64,000 nucleotides of DNA from Antechinus flavipes (GCF_016432865.1 NC_067398.1:163928001-163992000); one strand, 5' to 3'. Positions 1 to 11,499 are shown, numbered from the stretch's first letter. Notes: generated by a model not told the origin, from the sequence alone. Made by a program: numbers and translations.

Positions 1-990
1 ATGCAATTCTTCATCTTCTTTACATGATAAAGGTTATAATAGTTTCATAAAGATCTTCCTTTTTTCTTCTTCAGTTTATCTCCAGCCCTGACAGAAAAAA
101 ATCATCTTGAGCTTCTCTTTAGCTATCACTCTTATTTCTCTCCAGATTCACTTTTCATATTATTATAATACTTTTTCATTAAAAAAGTTAACAGTTCTCC
201 CAAGCAAAAAGTTTTCTACATCCTCTTTCCAATTGTCTTCTCCATCTTTAATCATCTAAATTAACTTCTCAGTTTTTCAAAAACTACCAGCCTCAATTGC
301 CAAATACTAAACATTTCACTTGATTTTTAAAATTACAAAAAAACTAATAAGTTTTTGAAACAGATGTTATATAATTAATTTAAACACAACAAAAACTTGT
401 ATTCCCCAGTAATTTCAGCATTTTCAGAAAGTTTTATGTCTAGTCAAAGAAGCTATTTTCTAAACTACACTAAGACTTCAAAAAGGCATTTTTAGAGCTA
501 ACCATAGTGACTAGAAGTGGATTCACTGCCACCCACTGAAAATGTAATTTAATAATAAAAATTCACTCAAAGTTTATGTCACAATATAAAGTAGCATGAA
601 ATAGCTTGCTTTTACTTCTAGAGAAATAAGGAATATCAGTTTTGCAGTAGATTTGTCTATTTTTTCTAAAAGGATGTCAATTATTTCATTGCTCTTATCT
701 GTAACAGGTGATAGCATTTCCACATTATTCTTCTCAAAGTAACTCAAATTAAAACTCAAATGAAAATGCCTCGGTGTAGATCTGATAGGGCAAAGGTGAG
801 ACCAAGGAGGTCTAATGGAACTTTGACAGAATTGAAACATTGGCAATATTACTCCACTTTCCTTTTAACACTCTCCATTTCTAGTGGACATTTTTATACT
901 CCATTCAATGCTCCGCCTAAAACTTCAATGAATAACTCCTTCACTTTCCATAGCATTCTATCAGATCTAGACAACATTTTGTATCCTTAA
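1..990 (-). mobile_element. Highly decayed non-LTR retrotransposon ORF relic (APE endonuclease region, probably RTE clade) in the last intron of ZNF366
   Basis: Minus-strand translation across frameshifts and stops gives VLGGALNG (cf. GGDLNG/GDFN) and SYFEK...SP...KSNEIIDIL (cf. TFFKK...SP...KNEIDYIL), then NYYNLY near the window start. This explains ORF 574..846. Motif matching is by eye. Confidence 0.45.
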
Positions 991-1711
991 TGTTTCCTTA
1001 TCTCTTTTCCAACAGACTCTACTCCATCTTGTGTTTCCCATTCTCTCTGGATCATGCTCTTGGCTAAGTAGTGTTCATACTCTAATGTTTTAGCTAGTTG
1101 TATATTGCCCTTAATTAAAAGGACAGGTCTCCAAAAGACTCTTAACCTTGAGCTTAGCACTGGGGTAGATCTCCTTAGGTGTCTCCTTAGGTGACTCTGA
1201 AATCTAAGAGACTTAACTTTACTATTTTACCCATCTGACCTTAGGTTGGTCTCATAAATGGACATCATTTCCTTCACCTCTAATAGAAAGTTCATATCAG
1301 ATGATTTCTGAATTCCTGTCTAGTTCTCAATCTACAGTCTTGTGTGACTATTCTTCCACTCTGACAGAAAATCAGAATGGTTTTTCTTTTTTACATTTTC
1401 AAAAAGCCAAAATAATTTCAAAACAAATGTGGCATCAGAAAGAATGCCCTACTTTATTTTTAAATTTTTTATTTAATATCTTTTGTCTTTTAATCCTCTT
1501 CATTTTCAAATATATTCTTCTTCCCTGCCCTACATCCTTTGTAATAAAGAAGCAGTTTAGCAAGATTAGCCAAGAATCTGGTACCCACAGACCTCCCACC
1601 TCTGAAAGGAAAACCTGTTTAGTTACCCCTTTTCTGAGGCCCAGCGCAGTCATTATATTTCCTATTGCCCTATTTTCAGCTGCTTTTTCTGCCGGTGAGT
1701 TATATCACACT

Positions 1712-1735
1712 TCAATTCTTTCTTGTTTTCATTAG
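1712..1735 (+). other. ZNF366: 3' splice acceptor of the ZNF366 last exon
   Basis: Pyrimidine tract tcaattctttcttgttttcattAG ends at 1735. The G|GT phase-1 junction restores Gly where recognisable ZNF366 similarity begins. Confidence 0.85.
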
Positions 1736-2250
1736 GTTTTGGAAGAGGAAGAATGGCCCTTTCCCAGACAGTAGGGATGTTGAGGAGCTTGGAGCAAGAA
1801 GAACCTTTTGACCTTTCACAGAAACCTCGAGAAAAGGGTACCCCCTTTCATTCTGATGGCGAGAGTGCCAAGGGAAGCTCATGCCCTGAAGAGGAGGAGG
1901 AAGATACCTACGAGCCTGAACAATACAGCCCTGGTACGTACCAGCAAAACAAGCGGCTGTACACGCCCCAGGACCTGTCTAGAAAAACTGAGCAAGTGAT
2001 GAAAACTCTACAAGAGTCCTATGGAGAAGAGAAGGAAGATGCTCTGAAAGAAGCCTTGGAGGAGAAAGGGAAAGACGGCTTCAGTGCAAAAGGAGGTCAG
2101 GAGAGAGACTTTGCTTGCTTAAGGGCTTTTCAGAGTGGCAGGCTCGAGCCTTCTTTTTCTGATTATCTTTACTTTAAGCATAGAAATGAGAGTTTAAAAG
2201 AATTACTGGAGAGGAAAATGGAAAAACAAGCGATGCTTTTAGGTATCTAA
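1736..2250 (+). CDS. ZNF366: ZNF366 / DC-SCRIPT terminal coding exon (C-terminal ~170 aa); upstream zinc-finger exons lie outside the window
   Basis: The ORF reads GFGRGRMALSQTVGMLRSLEQEEPFDLSQK...PSFSDYLYFKHRNESLKELLERKMEKQAMLLGI*, matching the recalled human ZNF366 C-terminus. PFDLS is at 1804-1818, LKELL at 2194-2208 and the TAA stop at 2248-2250. The ORF-track start at 1723 is intronic. Confidence 0.95.
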
Positions 2251-3082
2251 ATGGACAGTTTCAAAATTACCTTTTGGAAAATGAGAACCAGTTGGTTCAG
2301 ATGCAGCTTTTAGCAGGAGCTATAATTTGCTGGGGACTGCCCATTTGGGCAGCTCCTTAAAGATGATTGGACTAAATCAATAAGAACAAAACAATTTAAG
2401 GCAAAGTAAATGCCTTGCAGGTGGTCTGTTGGCTTTCAGATCAACAGCACACTTTGGAGTCTTCTCTTCAGTATTATTATAGTCCCTACTTTTAGAACAG
2501 TGTAATATTCCTATGGATATTTAATTGCAAGTGGACTCTCAGTTGGTTACAGGGATCTTATTTTCCTCTTTCTAATATTTCCCATATGCATCACACCCAT
2601 ACCATTTCTTTCTAGTTGCCAAATAGCAACAGTTCTTCAGGTATTAACTTACTAATTGTGATTTAGTAACAAATAGACATGGTAGATCTCAAGAAAATAT
2701 TTTCTTCCAAATAGACTAAAATATCATTAAGTGCATATATGACAATAGCATTTAATAATTTTTAAGAAGAAACTTTCCATACTTACCAGAGATGACTACA
2801 ATAACTCAAGAGATAGTCGTGGGATCTGGATATTCCCAAAATATTGCTGGAAGGGTGAGATGAGATCTAAGATAAGATTTCTTTAAGTTGTCAAGTGTCT
2901 GAGAAGTTGGATTTAGAAAAATAACAAAACCCAAAAAACTAAGTTCCTAGCTATATAGACTCATGTCCTACTCCTCCTGCTCCTTTTTGTAAGGGAAACT
3001 TGAACTCAAAATCTTCATGGTCTTCCAATAATACATCATGTGTTCTGGATCTCCAGTACATGCACTAGCTATGGAATCCAAC

Positions 3083-3229
3083 AGGTTCTAGGCCCAGCTT
3101 TGGTCACTTGATACTTGGTTAAAACTAGGAAAATCTTTCTCTCTCTGGGTCTTACTTTTCTCATCTGTAAAATTGAGAGTATAGTACTGGATGATCTCTA
3201 GGTTCCTTGTAGCATTGAATCCTATGATC
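3083..3229 (+). mobile_element. MIR/MIR3 CORE-SINE fragment
   Basis: Core tttctcatctgtaaaattg followed by a ggatgatctctaggttcc-type tail. Confidence 0.7.
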
Positions 3230-5321
3230 AGAGGATCTTGGGGAATTTGCCCACCATCACATCTAATCTTTATGCCAACAAAGTAGAGTGGGGGAAATGC
3301 ATTTTGCTAATGGAGCAGTAATTAATCACCCTTCAGTCCTCTCAAGCCTGGAGCTGGGAAAGATGTCCTCTCTTGAAATTTAAGCTCTGACTTTTGGAGA
3401 TTTTATAGCCAGTGGCCAAAAGCCTAACATAAATGAAAATTTGTAGCATTACTTATCTGCCTTTGAAACCCTCACCCTATAGCACAACAAACACTTGTCC
3501 CCTGACTTCTGATTTGGTTCACTCTCATCAAGAAAGTCACAAATCTCCAATTTAACGTCTCTACTTTGTTTTAATCATTGATAGACTATATACATACATA
3601 ACACATCTATATTAATATACATGTAGAGGTGTGTGCATTATATACACAGCTTTTGTGTAAGAGGATGCTTATGGTGCTTGTTTTCATATGTTTTGAAAAA
3701 ATGTAAGATTCACTTTAATCAGGCTGATTTCTAATTGGACTCTATGCCTGCAATTCCACTAGAGCTCTCTGGGCAAATATGATGATCTCAAGACACTTTC
3801 AATGCAGTAATATTTGAAAATATATTTCTTCCTTGCCTATCTCCCAAGAGATTGGTTCAGGGTTACATGATGTCAGGGCATTTTTCACATCTAAACAAGT
3901 GCCTTCTACATTCAGATACTAAGGGAAGGGTCAATTACTGCTCAGCATCCTTCTGTCTTCCACATCACCATCTTTGGGATTCCTATTTCTCAACAGTTCA
4001 TTCCACTGACTATTCTTAAGTGGAGAGGGGGTGGTTCTAAGATACAGGAAATAATGGCAGTTCATTGAGATGGTACATTTGTTATGAAAACTCTTCAAAA
4101 TTCAACCAAAGATGTGTTGTTCTTATGATGGCAGCATAACTTTAGATAGAATTTCCTGTGGCAGACTTGTAAAATTCAGTGAACCAGTCTACCTTAAACT
4201 CCTCTGCCATATCAGGGACCTATCATAGTATGTATCCATAAGATCATCCCCATAGTCCACATCTTCTTTCTCTGTAATTCCAGAGACAAATTCCACAGTC
4301 ATAAAGAAATCTGGTACAGGTACAGTGTATAGTAAACTACTTTATAACAAAAGTCCAGCCCCTGGAAGGCAAATTTATCAGTGAGTCAGGAAGCAGAACC
4401 TGGCTCTAATTGATCTAACTAGTCTAGATAACATTTCAACTTCTCCCCTTCTCTTCCTTCAGGTCACAGTTTGTTGATCACGTCAACCAATTCACTGGCA
4501 TCAGTGTCAGAACAAAAATGCCTTTCCATCATTTCCAACCTCCTGGAAAATGACAGCTACAGGAAGCTGAGCACTGGGCATGGGCTAAATGGCTTCGATA
4601 AAAAGCTGTCATAACCTTGACCCACAAGCTCATCCCTAGTGTAGTCCCAATGGCACTAATTATCAAGGTGGACCTAAACCTGGCAACAGTGATCGAGCTG
4701 AAGTGAACATCCAACTTCCATGTGAATGTCCCTCCCTCCCCATGCTTTCATTTGAAATGTTTTAGAGTTTTGAAAGTAGGATGAGGAGTTTAGTGGTTCC
4801 TTTAAAAAAAATTACCTTTGAAAAATCCTAGCCAGAAGTGTGAGTAAAAAAGGCCTAGTAGATGTTTCCAACCAACAAAGTGATTTTTGGAAGTGATTAT
4901 TGATGGTTAAACTAATATTTATATGAACAGAGCATGGTCTAGAAGTAGTTGTTAAAACTTGGTACTGGAAATCAAGTGAATTGTGAGTTGTGTATGATTT
5001 GGTGTCTGATTTAAGGCTTCAGTGTGGTGACAAAAGGATTAATTGCATTTAAAATAAGAATAAGGCTATATCTTGGGTCATGACAGGCTGTACACTGTCA
5101 TGTCCATGATATAAGTATTTCAGAGTGTCCTGGAATATGTTTTTCCCCGCGGCATTTGGTATGTCATGTGTCTTTGTGTTGGTCTTCTCACTCCAACATC
5201 AGAATGAAAATTTAAGAGTTCATCAAGAAAACCATTTTTAGGAAGCAAAGGAATCTAAACAGAGTTCCCATTTTAGGGAATTTGACATCATTTCTCAGAA
5301 ATTATTTTAGATGTTCAAGAG

Positions 5322-5780
5322 CAGAAATGTCAAACTTGAAGCCTGGGTTCAAACCAGATTAAAATGTAATTGGGAAATAATTAACAAAAGGCATAAAAAT
5401 ACAGCAGGGCATATATAATGTTAATAAGTGGATTTAAAAATTAGTATGTCCCCTGCTGGGATCCTTATGTACAATTTAGTGGCTACACTTCTATTTGATA
5501 ATATATAGCACTTATTGTGTGCCAGGCAATGTGTTGAGTGCTTGCTTTCTGATTCTCATTTGATCCTCACAACAACTCTGGGAAATAGGTGCTATTATTA
5601 TTTTCATTTTACAGATGAGGAAACTGAGATAAACAAAATGTGCCCAGAGTCGCATAGCTGGTAAATAAAATATTTTGTTGAATATTTCCAGTATGAGACT
5701 GGATTTGAACTCAGTTCTTCCTGACTCCAAAACCAGCATTCTCCTGTGCCATCTAGCAGCCCTTGAGTTTGACATCGCTG
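5322..5780. mobile_element. hAT-Charlie MITE interrupted by a MIR-type SINE (about 5496-5760, minus strand)
   Basis: Left TIR cagaaatgtcaaac (5322) and right TIR gtttgacatcgctg (ends 5780). Flanks ttcaagag/ctctagaa resemble an 8-bp Charlie TSD. Internal MIR core ttttacagatgaggaaactgag. Confidence 0.65.
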
Positions 5781-6318
5781 CTCTAGAATTTCCATTTTGG
5801 GCCAACATACTGAAGACAGGTCATTAGTATAAATTTTCCATCCTGTTACATAGTTGGGATCAAATATGAATCAAATGATCAATTCATTTATCAGTTCTGC
5901 TTCTACCCTTCAGTTCTTCTCTTTCTCTCCCCCAGCCATAAAACTGAGGCTCAATATGTCACCAGCTTCATCCTCCACAGTGTCACTGACCCTTGGATGT
6001 AAAAGGGCCAAGTGTGTATGTTGATAGATGGGTGAAAGCGCTATGCACATATTGTACTAAGCTAAGCAAGTATTTAATAAGATATTGACATGATGTTTGG
6101 AATGACAATCTTTGCTAAGTGAGAATAGAACATAACAGAGCTAACATTCATTTGGAAAACACGGCACCAAATGTTGATGTACAGAATGCCAGTTTGCTAT
6201 TTAAAAGAAAGAGACAAGTGTACAGTTACCCAAGTTGTGGATACTTAACTTTCTGCTTCACTGCTAAGGCAGTTTTACCTGAAAATAACCCACAGCCTGT
6301 ATTTTGTTAATTTAAATG

Positions 6319-6324
6319 AATAAA
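6319..6324 (+). terminator. Candidate polyadenylation signal of ZNF366
   Basis: AATAAA followed ~17 nt later by tttgggttttttgtcttc (U/GU-rich downstream element). Confidence 0.55.
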
Positions 6325-6484
6325 GACTTGTTCAAAAACTTTGGGTTTTTTGTCTTCTTAAATAGATTAGTATCATCTCATTCCTACCCTCATGTCCCAT
6401 CCATTTCAAAGCTTACTTTGGGGATAGGAAGTTATTTTTGATTTTAAGGATTTGTACATTTTTTCACTCTAGGAATTCTTTAAA

Positions 6485-8080
6485 AATGTATTAATTTTTA
6501 ACATTAAAAAATGTTTTTGAATTCTGAATTCTCTCCCTCCCACCTTCTTCAATACCCATTGAGAAGGCAAGCGATATGATATACAAAATACATGTGAAAT
6601 CATGCAAAACATATTAGCCCTGTCACAAAAAGCAAGAAAATCAAAAGAAGTAAGAAAATTGTATTTGTTTATACATCAGTTCTCTCTAGCTGGAAGTAAA
6701 TAGTATTTTTCATTACAAATCCTTTTCAGTTTTCTTGGATCACTGAATTAGAATAGTCAAGTCTTTCTTAGTTAATCATCATTACATCATTACTGTGCAC
6801 AGTTGCATGAGTGCTTCTTATTTCATATTGCATCAGTTCATATAGGTCTGACCATGTTTTTTCTGAAATCACCCTCACCATTTCTCATGATACAATAAAA
6901 TTCCAACCCAGCTTGTTAAGCTATACCCCGATCAATGAGCAATCCCTTGATTTCTAATTCTTTGTTACCACAAAAAGAACTTCTGTAACTATATTTATAC
7001 TTTTCCCCTCTCCTTTGATTTCTTTGGGATTGATAGCTTTGATTTCTTTAGAAAAATGCCTGTTCATATCTCTGGACTATTTACCATTGGACAATGGTTC
7101 TTTTTAAAAATTTGGCTCAGTTTGACAAATATGTTTGACAAATAAGGACTTTTTCTGAGAAACCTGATGTAAAATTTTTTGCTACTATTTCTTTGTTTGT
7201 GGTGCTCTTTGTCAAAATGTAGTTTCCCTGATGCTCTCTTGTAATTAGATCTATTTTTGCTTTGATATTTTTTGGTGGGGGGCTGGTTTTTGTTTGTTTT
7301 TGGTGAGGCAATCGGGCTTAAGTTCCTTGTCTAGGGTTATATAACTAGTAATTGTTAAGTATCTTGAGGCCAGATTTGAGCTCAGGTCCTCTTGACTCTA
7401 GGATCTATGTTCTATCCACTGTGACACTTAGCTGCTCCAGTCTATTCTGGTTTTTTAAGGAATTCTTTAATTCAAGGAATTTTTGGCCTCTTTTTTATTA
7501 ATTTTTCATAATTTTCTTGTGTCATTTTCACTTCTTTCCCCAATTTTTCCTCTACCATTCTTCTCTAATACTTTTAGGAGTTCTTTTTTGGATCTGGGTC
7601 CACTTAGCATTTTTTTTTTTTTTGAAGTTTTGTCTGAAATTGTGTTCATGGTATTGTCTTCTAAGTTTGTATCTTGGTCTTCCTTATCACATTAGTGGCT
7701 TTTTATGATCAAGTTCTTTTCGTTTGTTTTCTCTTTTTTCATCCCATTTCTTGACTTTGAACTGTACATGGGCAATAAAGTTGTGGAACAATTCCAGGCT
7801 CTGCACACAGTACCAGCAAAGGGTTCCCTGTAAGCTCTCTCTGATCCCTATACTGTCTCAGGGCTGAGAGCTCCCAAAGCTGCTGCAGGCCCTTCACCTA
7901 ATGAGACTTTTCCTGCTCATCTCCTAAATTGTCTGGAAAAATGTCTTACCCCAACCTTTTGTTGACCTTACCACTCCAGATTTTTTTTTGAAGCTGCTTG
8001 GAGGGGAATTTTAGAGTTTGGCTAGGTTGTTGCCTCTCCCATACCACCTTGGCTCTGTCTCCTGCAAGCATACTCTCAAC
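6485..8080 (-). mobile_element. Older L1 fragments (3' end to about 7285; ORF1/5'-like segment about 7440-8080), split by a SINE
   Basis: Marsupial L1 3' UTR and ORF2-end motifs on the minus strand, then T-rich ORF1-like antisense sequence. Confidence 0.6.
7285..7438 (-). mobile_element. WSINE1-like tRNA/CORE SINE
   Basis: Antisense tail (tttg)n, gaggcaatcggg..., gaggccagatttgagctcaggtcctc, and head ...atccactgtgacacttagctgctcc. Confidence 0.75.
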
Positions 8081-8225
8081 TATCGGTGCAGAGGAAGGTT
8101 GGGGGAAACCAGCTTGTGGTCCATTTGTATGTCCAGCTGATTAGTTTCCTCCTCAGTGTAGACAGGTTCCTCAGAAAAATCCTGTTCAAATCCCTTTGTA
8201 TCTGCTCAGCTTGCAATTTTAGCAC

Positions 8226-8500
8226 TTTCTGAAGAATTTTAAAAATGATTATGAGACATGGATGATGTGGCCACAGGACAGACCAGCATAGCTTTCTGGT
8301 ATCAAAGAAGAAGCTGTGCTCTGTGAGCAAAGCAGAATCACTATCTCACAAAGGAAACATCAGATCCACACAGAGACATCTCCATTTCAAATGTTCTAAC
8401 AGACTACTGGTACCCAATATCTGGGAGAACCTTCTAAACTTGTATCCTGACCCCACACCATAATATCACTGGTCCTTTTTGAAAACAAAGGATGAAGAAC
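8226..8500 (+). mobile_element. RTE LINE 3' end fragment
   Basis: Plus frame LKNFKNDYETW..QDRPA*LSGIKEEAVLCEQSRI resembles the RTE ORF C-terminus. Ends in the ggtcctttttgaaaacaaaggatgaagaac RTE-type tail. Confidence 0.7.
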
Positions 8501-8799
8501 AGTAATATTGAGGAAATGTGGCAATACACATTGCCACATTGAAGCTTCATGAAATATTTGAGGATGTCATTTTCCCCCTCAGCTCTTCATGGACAATAGT
8601 GTGCTTCAGCTGAGCTGGATACAGAAGAAAGTCTCTTCTTTCTCTACATTAAAAAGCACTTCCCAGGAAAGAAAGTCTGAGGAGGGTAAAAATACACAGG
8701 CAGCTTTTTCTGGTTAAAAAATTAGGATCATAGATTTAGGTCGTCTAGATTAACAGCCCATTCATACAAATGGTCAAACTGGGACCAGAATGATTAATA

Positions 8800-9050
8800 A
8801 CAACAACCACCAGTATTTGCATAATGCTTCAAGTTTGGTGTTTGCAAAGTTCTCTATTCATGTTATCTTGTTTGATTCTCACAGCAACCCTAGGGGTTAG
8901 GTACAATTATTATCCCCATTTTACAAATGAGGAAACATGAGACAGAGAGATTAATTTGTTTGTCAGGGTCATATAACTAATAAAGTATTTGAGACCAGGT
9001 TTGAACTCAGGTCTTACTGATTGCAAATTCCAGTCCTCTTACCTGCAATA
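8800..9050 (-). mobile_element. MIR CORE-SINE
   Basis: cccattttacaaatgaggaaac...gggtcatataactaataaag...tttgaactcaggtct. Confidence 0.75.
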
Positions 9051-9081
9051 TCCTCTGGTTTTAGAGGGGCATCATTTGGGC

Positions 9082-9794
9082 TTTTTTTTTTTTTTTTTTT
9101 TTTTTTAAGGATAAAAGGCTGAAGCAGAATTTATTTATTTATTTTTAATTTTAATAGCTTTTTATTTATAAGTTATATGCATGGGTAATTTTATAACACT
9201 GACAATTGCCAAACCTTTTATTCCAATTTTTCCCTCCTCCCCTCCACCTTCTCCCCCAGATGTCAGCTTGACCAATACATGTTAAGTATGTTAAAGTATA
9301 AATTATATACAAAATAAGTATACATGTCCAAACCAAATTTTGCTGTACAAAAAGAATCAGACTCTGAAATAGTGTATAATTAGCCTGTGAAGGAAATAAA
9401 AAATGGAGGCGGACAAAAACAGAGGGATTGGGAAATCTATGTAATGGTTCCTAGTCATCTCCCAGAGTTCTTTCACTGGATGTAGCTGGTTCAATTCATT
9501 CCTGCTCCATTGGAACTGATTTAGTTCATCTCATTGCTGAAGATGGCCAGGTCCATCAGAAATTATCATCATATAGTATTGTTGTTGAAGTGTATAATGA
9601 TCTCCTGGTGCTGCTCATTTCACTCAGCATCAGTTCATGTAAGTCTCTCCAGGCCTTTCTCAAATCATCCTGCTGGTCATTTTTTACAGAATAATAATAT
9701 TTCATAATATTCCTATACTACAATTTATTCAGCCATTCTCCAATTGATGGACATCCACTCACTTTCCAGTTTCTGACCACTACAAAGAAGGCTG
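9082..9794 (-). mobile_element. 5'-truncated L1 3' end with a double A-tail
   Basis: L1 ORF2-end and 3' UTR antisense. T25 at 9082-9106. Flanking ttgggctt repeat at 9076 and 9795. Confidence 0.85.
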
Positions 9795-9859
9795 TTGGGC
9801 TTCTCTTTAAACAAAGTAGAATAACAACAGCTTTTAGGGATGCCTGAAAAATTATTGAT

Positions 9860-10250
9860 TCTTATCAACAATTTCATCCACTAAACCTTCTTGTCCCCTC
9901 CTCCACTGGATCTTTTTCAAAGTAAGTAAATATTTTCTGATCAATTCTTGTCTATCTCAAACTTGCAAAGTTGACTTTTTTGAACCCAAATGTTGAATTT
10001 TACATTTGTGCCTACCTATTACACTTCACAAGATTAGATTTGGCCCTTTATTCTCGTCTTCAAAAGTCATTTTTGATTCACACTTATCCTAAATATTTGC
10101 ATTCTTTCAACCTTTTTATCATTTGTAAATTTGAAAAACTATGTGTAAATTCTGGTCCAGCTCTTCCCCTATCCTTCAAGACTCTTGTCTCACATGAATT
10201 GGCTCTTAATTCAAGGGTAGCTCCAAAAGACTGATATCTGCTTAGCTCAT
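9860..10250 (-). mobile_element. CR1/L3 LINE fragment (RT 3' part)
   Basis: atcatttgtaaatttg (antisense of an FADD-like motif) in CR1-type context. Confidence 0.55.
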
Positions 10251-10872
10251 TTTGCCACTATTCAAGAATGTACTCTGGAAAATCTTCAAATATAGCTTAT
10301 GTGTGATTTATATCTAGGTTTCTGCAATATGATCTTTACATTTACCTTTCACTTCAGCATTGTTGCATTTTCCTTTATATTTATTTTTATGTATTATACT
10401 TATATTTATCTCATACAGTTATTATTATATCTATTTTTTCCATCGAAGACAATTTAGAAGATGCAAATGATTCATAGGAGACTATAAAGAGCAACTCAGA
10501 GTAGATCATGAATAATCAATAAGATTCTCTTCCCTATTCAATCAATAGGATCCTTCTCTTGGAATTGTAGAGTCTGTAGAGTCCTTTGGATTCTCCTCAA
10601 AAAGAAATTGAAATTAAGTTTGCCAGGAGAGCAATGCCCTGCCTATACAGTGAATCCCTAGATCTAGTCCCTTCTATATATGTACTCCCTTTTATATATT
10701 CTTTCTCCCTGCCTTATGTTTGAGTTTTCTCTGGAAGAAAAAACATATTTTGGGGTTTCAGGAGAAAAAACATCCTTCCTATTGGACCTGCACTGTTTGA
10801 ATAACTCCAAGCCATAGTATAGAGCAAAAGGTAGATATTCTATAATCCAAACTGTAATAGTTCTTGAGGGGC

Positions 10873-10998
10873 CAGAGGTGTCAAACCTAATTGGGAAATA
10901 TTTAACCAAATATAAATATAATACAATCTAGATGGTTGTTTTTTGGTTTTCCAAGTCAATATTGACCTGCATGGCTCTTCCTATTTGATTTTGACACT
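10873..10998. mobile_element. hAT-Charlie MITE, same family as 5322-5780, internally deleted
   Basis: cagaggtgtcaaac...ctatttgattttgacactatg. Shares taattgggaaatatttaac with the 5.3-kb copy. Confidence 0.65.
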
Positions 10999-11049
10999 AT
11001 GGTTAGAGATAATGTTCTCTCTCCAAGAAGTATATTGCTTAACAACTCT

Positions 11050-11320
11050 ACTTATCTCTCTAGAAGAAAAGAAGGAAGGATTTATTAAGTACTACTATTT
11101 GCCAGGGACTGTGCAAAGTGCTTTAAAATTATTACCTCATTTTATCCTCAATAAAATAGGTACTCTATTTATCCTCATTTCATAGTTGAAGAAACTGAGA
11201 CAGATGGAGTTTAATGGCTTGCCCAGATTGACAAACCTAGTAAATGTCTGAGGTCAGATTTGAACTGTTATTTCTGAATCCAAACTCATCATTTAGCCAC
11301 CATGACATCAGCTGCTTCTA
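11050..11320 (-). mobile_element. MIR CORE-SINE
   Basis: ctcatttcatagttgaagaaactgagacag...ggcttgcccag...gtcagatttgaac. Confidence 0.75.
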
Positions 11321-11499
11321 AAGAATCAGATCCCTGAACTTTCAAATTTGGGATTACTTTTTAGACAATGCCTAAGGCTGATGCTGCTCCCCAAATTTCT
11401 CTTCTCTGGCTAAAAGATCAGGCTTTGAGGTCACATTTACAAATAAAATTTTAAATCCTACTTTGTCCACATAGCAAGCTAAAGTTAAGAAATATTCTT

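Larger units (their letters stand above)
2251..6345 (+). other. ZNF366: Probable ZNF366 3' UTR
   Basis: Runs from the stop codon to the first clear AATAAA with a downstream U/GU-rich element (6319). 6050-6330 is non-repetitive and UTR-like. The true end needs transcript data. Confidence 0.55.

Noticed and set aside
1301-1735. 144-aa plus-strand ORF directly upstream of the ZNF366 exon
   Set aside because: It lies in a different frame, ends at the splice acceptor, is Phe/Leu/Ser-biased as expected for T-rich intron, and has no recognisable homology.
8076-8330. 84-aa minus-strand ORF with a helical-looking segment
   Set aside because: It spans the junction of an antisense RTE fragment and unclassified DNA, and no homology was recognised.
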